Position numbers and translations under genes: made by a program. Below are positions 15,369-16,777 of a stretch of 16,777 bases of DNA, piece by piece. Below the pieces are notes generated by a model. The model saw only the letters and a list, made by a program, of their open reading frames with translations. It was not told the origin of the DNA and searched no databases. The stretch lies in contig CAXBPH010000147.1 in assembly GCA_963977445.1 (NCBI GenBank), positions 1-16,777 of the forward strand, given 5' to 3'. Numbering within the stretch: position 1 is the first letter of the stretch; each line of letters starts with the position of its first letter. The stretch is from an uncultured bacterium. Lineage in GTDB: Bacteria > Hydrogenedentota > Hydrogenedentia > Hydrogenedentales > JAEUWI01.

Positions 15369-16625
15369 TCATTTGCGTCGACGGGCCGGTCGTCGTCGTG
15401 GGGGATTGAATACGCCATGCCAGCGGGCGGCACTTACGATGGCCGGAATAAGAAAGAGGGCCAGGGCCAGGGCAATCATTTTTATCTTGACCGGGGTAAG
15501 GGGCAGGAAGGTCCCGGATTCCTCAGGCGTAGCCGCCGCCTCTGCGGCAACCTTGCCGTCGGCCCGGAGGGCCAATAGGGAAGCCCGTCGCGCGAGGGCC
15601 TCTTCCGGGGTCACGAGGGTATCTGTGGTGGATTCGCTCGTATCGCTACTTCCTCCGCTATTGCCCTGCTGTCCCGCAGGCAATTGGGTCGACGGACGAT
15701 TGCCCCCCAAGGCGATTCGGGGCATGTTGAGGGCAATGTTATCACCCCGATTGCCGCCCCGTGAACTTCCCGACGCGCTACCATTTCCGTCACCACCACC
15801 TGCAGACGGCATGCCCAACGCGGGCGGCCCGGTCGGCGTTGACGGTTCGTTTGGCTCTTCGGTGACCACAATCACTTGCACCTCCCGCGAAACCGCGTCG
15901 GCGCGGTTGCCTGCACTGTCCACGACGCCAAAGGTCAGGGTGTAGGTGCCGACTTCGCTGACGTCCACATTGCCCGCCCGTTCCACCTTTGCCGAAATAT
16001 CGCCATCTTCCTTGTCCTGCGCCGTGACTCCAGGGTCCTGATAAGGCTGATTGGCGGGCCACGTGAGGCTTGGGGCGCCCTGGAGGGTCAACACGGGCGC
16101 TTCGTCGGGGATTCCGACAATCTGGGTCAACACGGGGGCAGAATTGCGTTTAGGGTCCGATTCCAGCCGGTACTCCACCTGTCCGGTCAGAAATCGCGCG
16201 CCTCCCTCACTGGCGGGCACGCGGAGGGCATAGCGGAAGGAGACGGGCACGGTGGGCGTAACCCAGCCGAACTCCAGCACGCCGGAAGCGCCCATAGGAG
16301 GAAGAATATCCGGTTGGGGTCCTGCATCGACATAGAGCCCCTCAAAAGTCCAGCCATCGGGCGGGGATTCGTAGAGCCCAAGGGCAAAAAGACGGGCTTC
16401 GGTGTTGGCTGAGATGGTAACCTGGACCAGGATCTCGCTGCCACCGACGAAGCCTTCCTTGTGGTCCCGTCGCAATACGATTCCGGCCGGGTTGGGATTG
16501 GAATTTTCGGTGGAATTGCCTTCCTGGGCAAATCCCGGACTGATCAGCGTAAGAGCAGCCAGCAGGAGGAGAGGGCCCCAGATTCTTTGGCCCCGGTCAG
16601 GGTGCCTGTCGCATGTAGTTATCAT
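15369..16625 (-). CDS. Exported, C-terminally membrane-anchored protein: beta-sandwich domain, DUF5011 (HYR/Ig-like) domain, low-complexity linker, TM helix and basic tail
   Basis: Signal 'LLLLAALTLISPGFA'; DUF5011 pattern 'PVLTLQG...YQDPGVTAQDKEDGDIS...GNVDVSEVGTYTLTFGVVDSAGNRA...REVQV'; C-terminal 'MIALALALFLIPAIVSA...RRRPARRRK'. Confidence 0.85.
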   Translation of the reverse strand: MITTCDRHPDRGQRIWGPLLLLAALTLISPGFAQEGNSTENSNPNPAGIVLRRDHKEGFVGGSEILVQVTISANTEARLFALGLYESPPDGWTFEGLYVDAGPQPDILPPMGASGVLEFGWVTPTVPVSFRYALRVPASEGGARFLTGQVEYRLESDPKRNSAPVLTQIVGIPDEAPVLTLQGAPSLTWPANQPYQDPGVTAQDKEDGDISAKVERAGNVDVSEVGTYTLTFGVVDSAGNRADAVSREVQVIVVTEEPNEPSTPTGPPALGMPSAGGGDGNGSASGSSRGGNRGDNIALNMPRIALGGNRPSTQLPAGQQGNSGGSSDTSESTTDTLVTPEEALARRASLLALRADGKVAAEAAATPEESGTFLPLTPVKIKMIALALALFLIPAIVSAARWHGVFNPPRRRPARRRK

Positions 16626-16631
16626 GCTCGC

Positions 16632-16660
16632 ATTATACGATATTCTGCGCTATTCTGCGG
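16632..16660 (-). promoter_or_regulatory. Perfect -10 box 6 nt before the ATG, with a 10-bp-period direct repeat over the -35/spacer region
   Basis: Minus strand TATAAT (16637-16632), GCGAGC, ATG (16625). The + strand reads TATTCTGCGC TATTCTGCGG at 16641-16660. Confidence 0.5.
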
Positions 16661-16670
16661 CACCAAATGC

Positions 16671-16777
16671 TCAGGAGTCGGTGCGCGCCACGGTGGAGGT
16701 GAGGGTGTCGGTTTGTGCCGCGCCACCGTTGCCTTCGCGATATTCCACATGGCCCGCTAACGTCACGGTGCTGGGGG
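16671..16777 (-). CDS. 3' end of an upstream gene (partial, not in the ORF track), similar to the N-terminal domain of the 418-aa protein
   Basis: Reads 'PSTVTLAGHVEYREGNGGAAQTDTLTSTVARTDS*' (TGA at 16673-16671), versus 'ARFLTGQVEYRLESD' in the downstream protein. Confidence 0.7.
   Translation of the reverse strand, partial: PSTVTLAGHVEYREGNGGAAQTDTLTSTVARTDS

Overview
GC-rich bacterial DNA. The gene content (large exported glycan-active proteins, Tat substrates, DUF5011 surface proteins) recalls Hydrogenedentota/PVC-like organisms, but that is inference only. Intact genes: an ICMT/PEMT-family methyltransferase, a ~1430-aa secreted multidomain protein, a Tat Gfo/Idh/MocA oxidoreductase, a Tat metallophosphoesterase, a DUF2961/GH172 protein, a TPR protein, nagB, a small secreted protein and a DUF5011-type membrane-anchored protein, plus the 3' end of a related gene. 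A BNR/sialidase gene is split by two opposite 1-nt frameshifts. The intergenic DNA is the most interesting part. (i) A two-arm repeat family (104-nt arm A, 103-nt arm B) occurs at 1-202, 977-1485 and 12109-12288. B is a degenerate reverse complement of A, differing largely by A>G and C>T, so only the + strand should fold into a long G.T-wobble hairpin. (ii) Two REP-doublet (REPIN-like) elements have internal hairpins that differ by three compensatory base pairs. (iii) Three decayed fragments absent from or hidden in the ORF track (an IS30-family end, a BrnT-like toxin-antitoxin pair and a TMEM175/DUF1211 piece) each stop where one of these repeats begins. No transposase/RAYT, integrase, cas, tRNA or rRNA gene is visible. 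Family assignments come from motif recognition by eye, not database searches.
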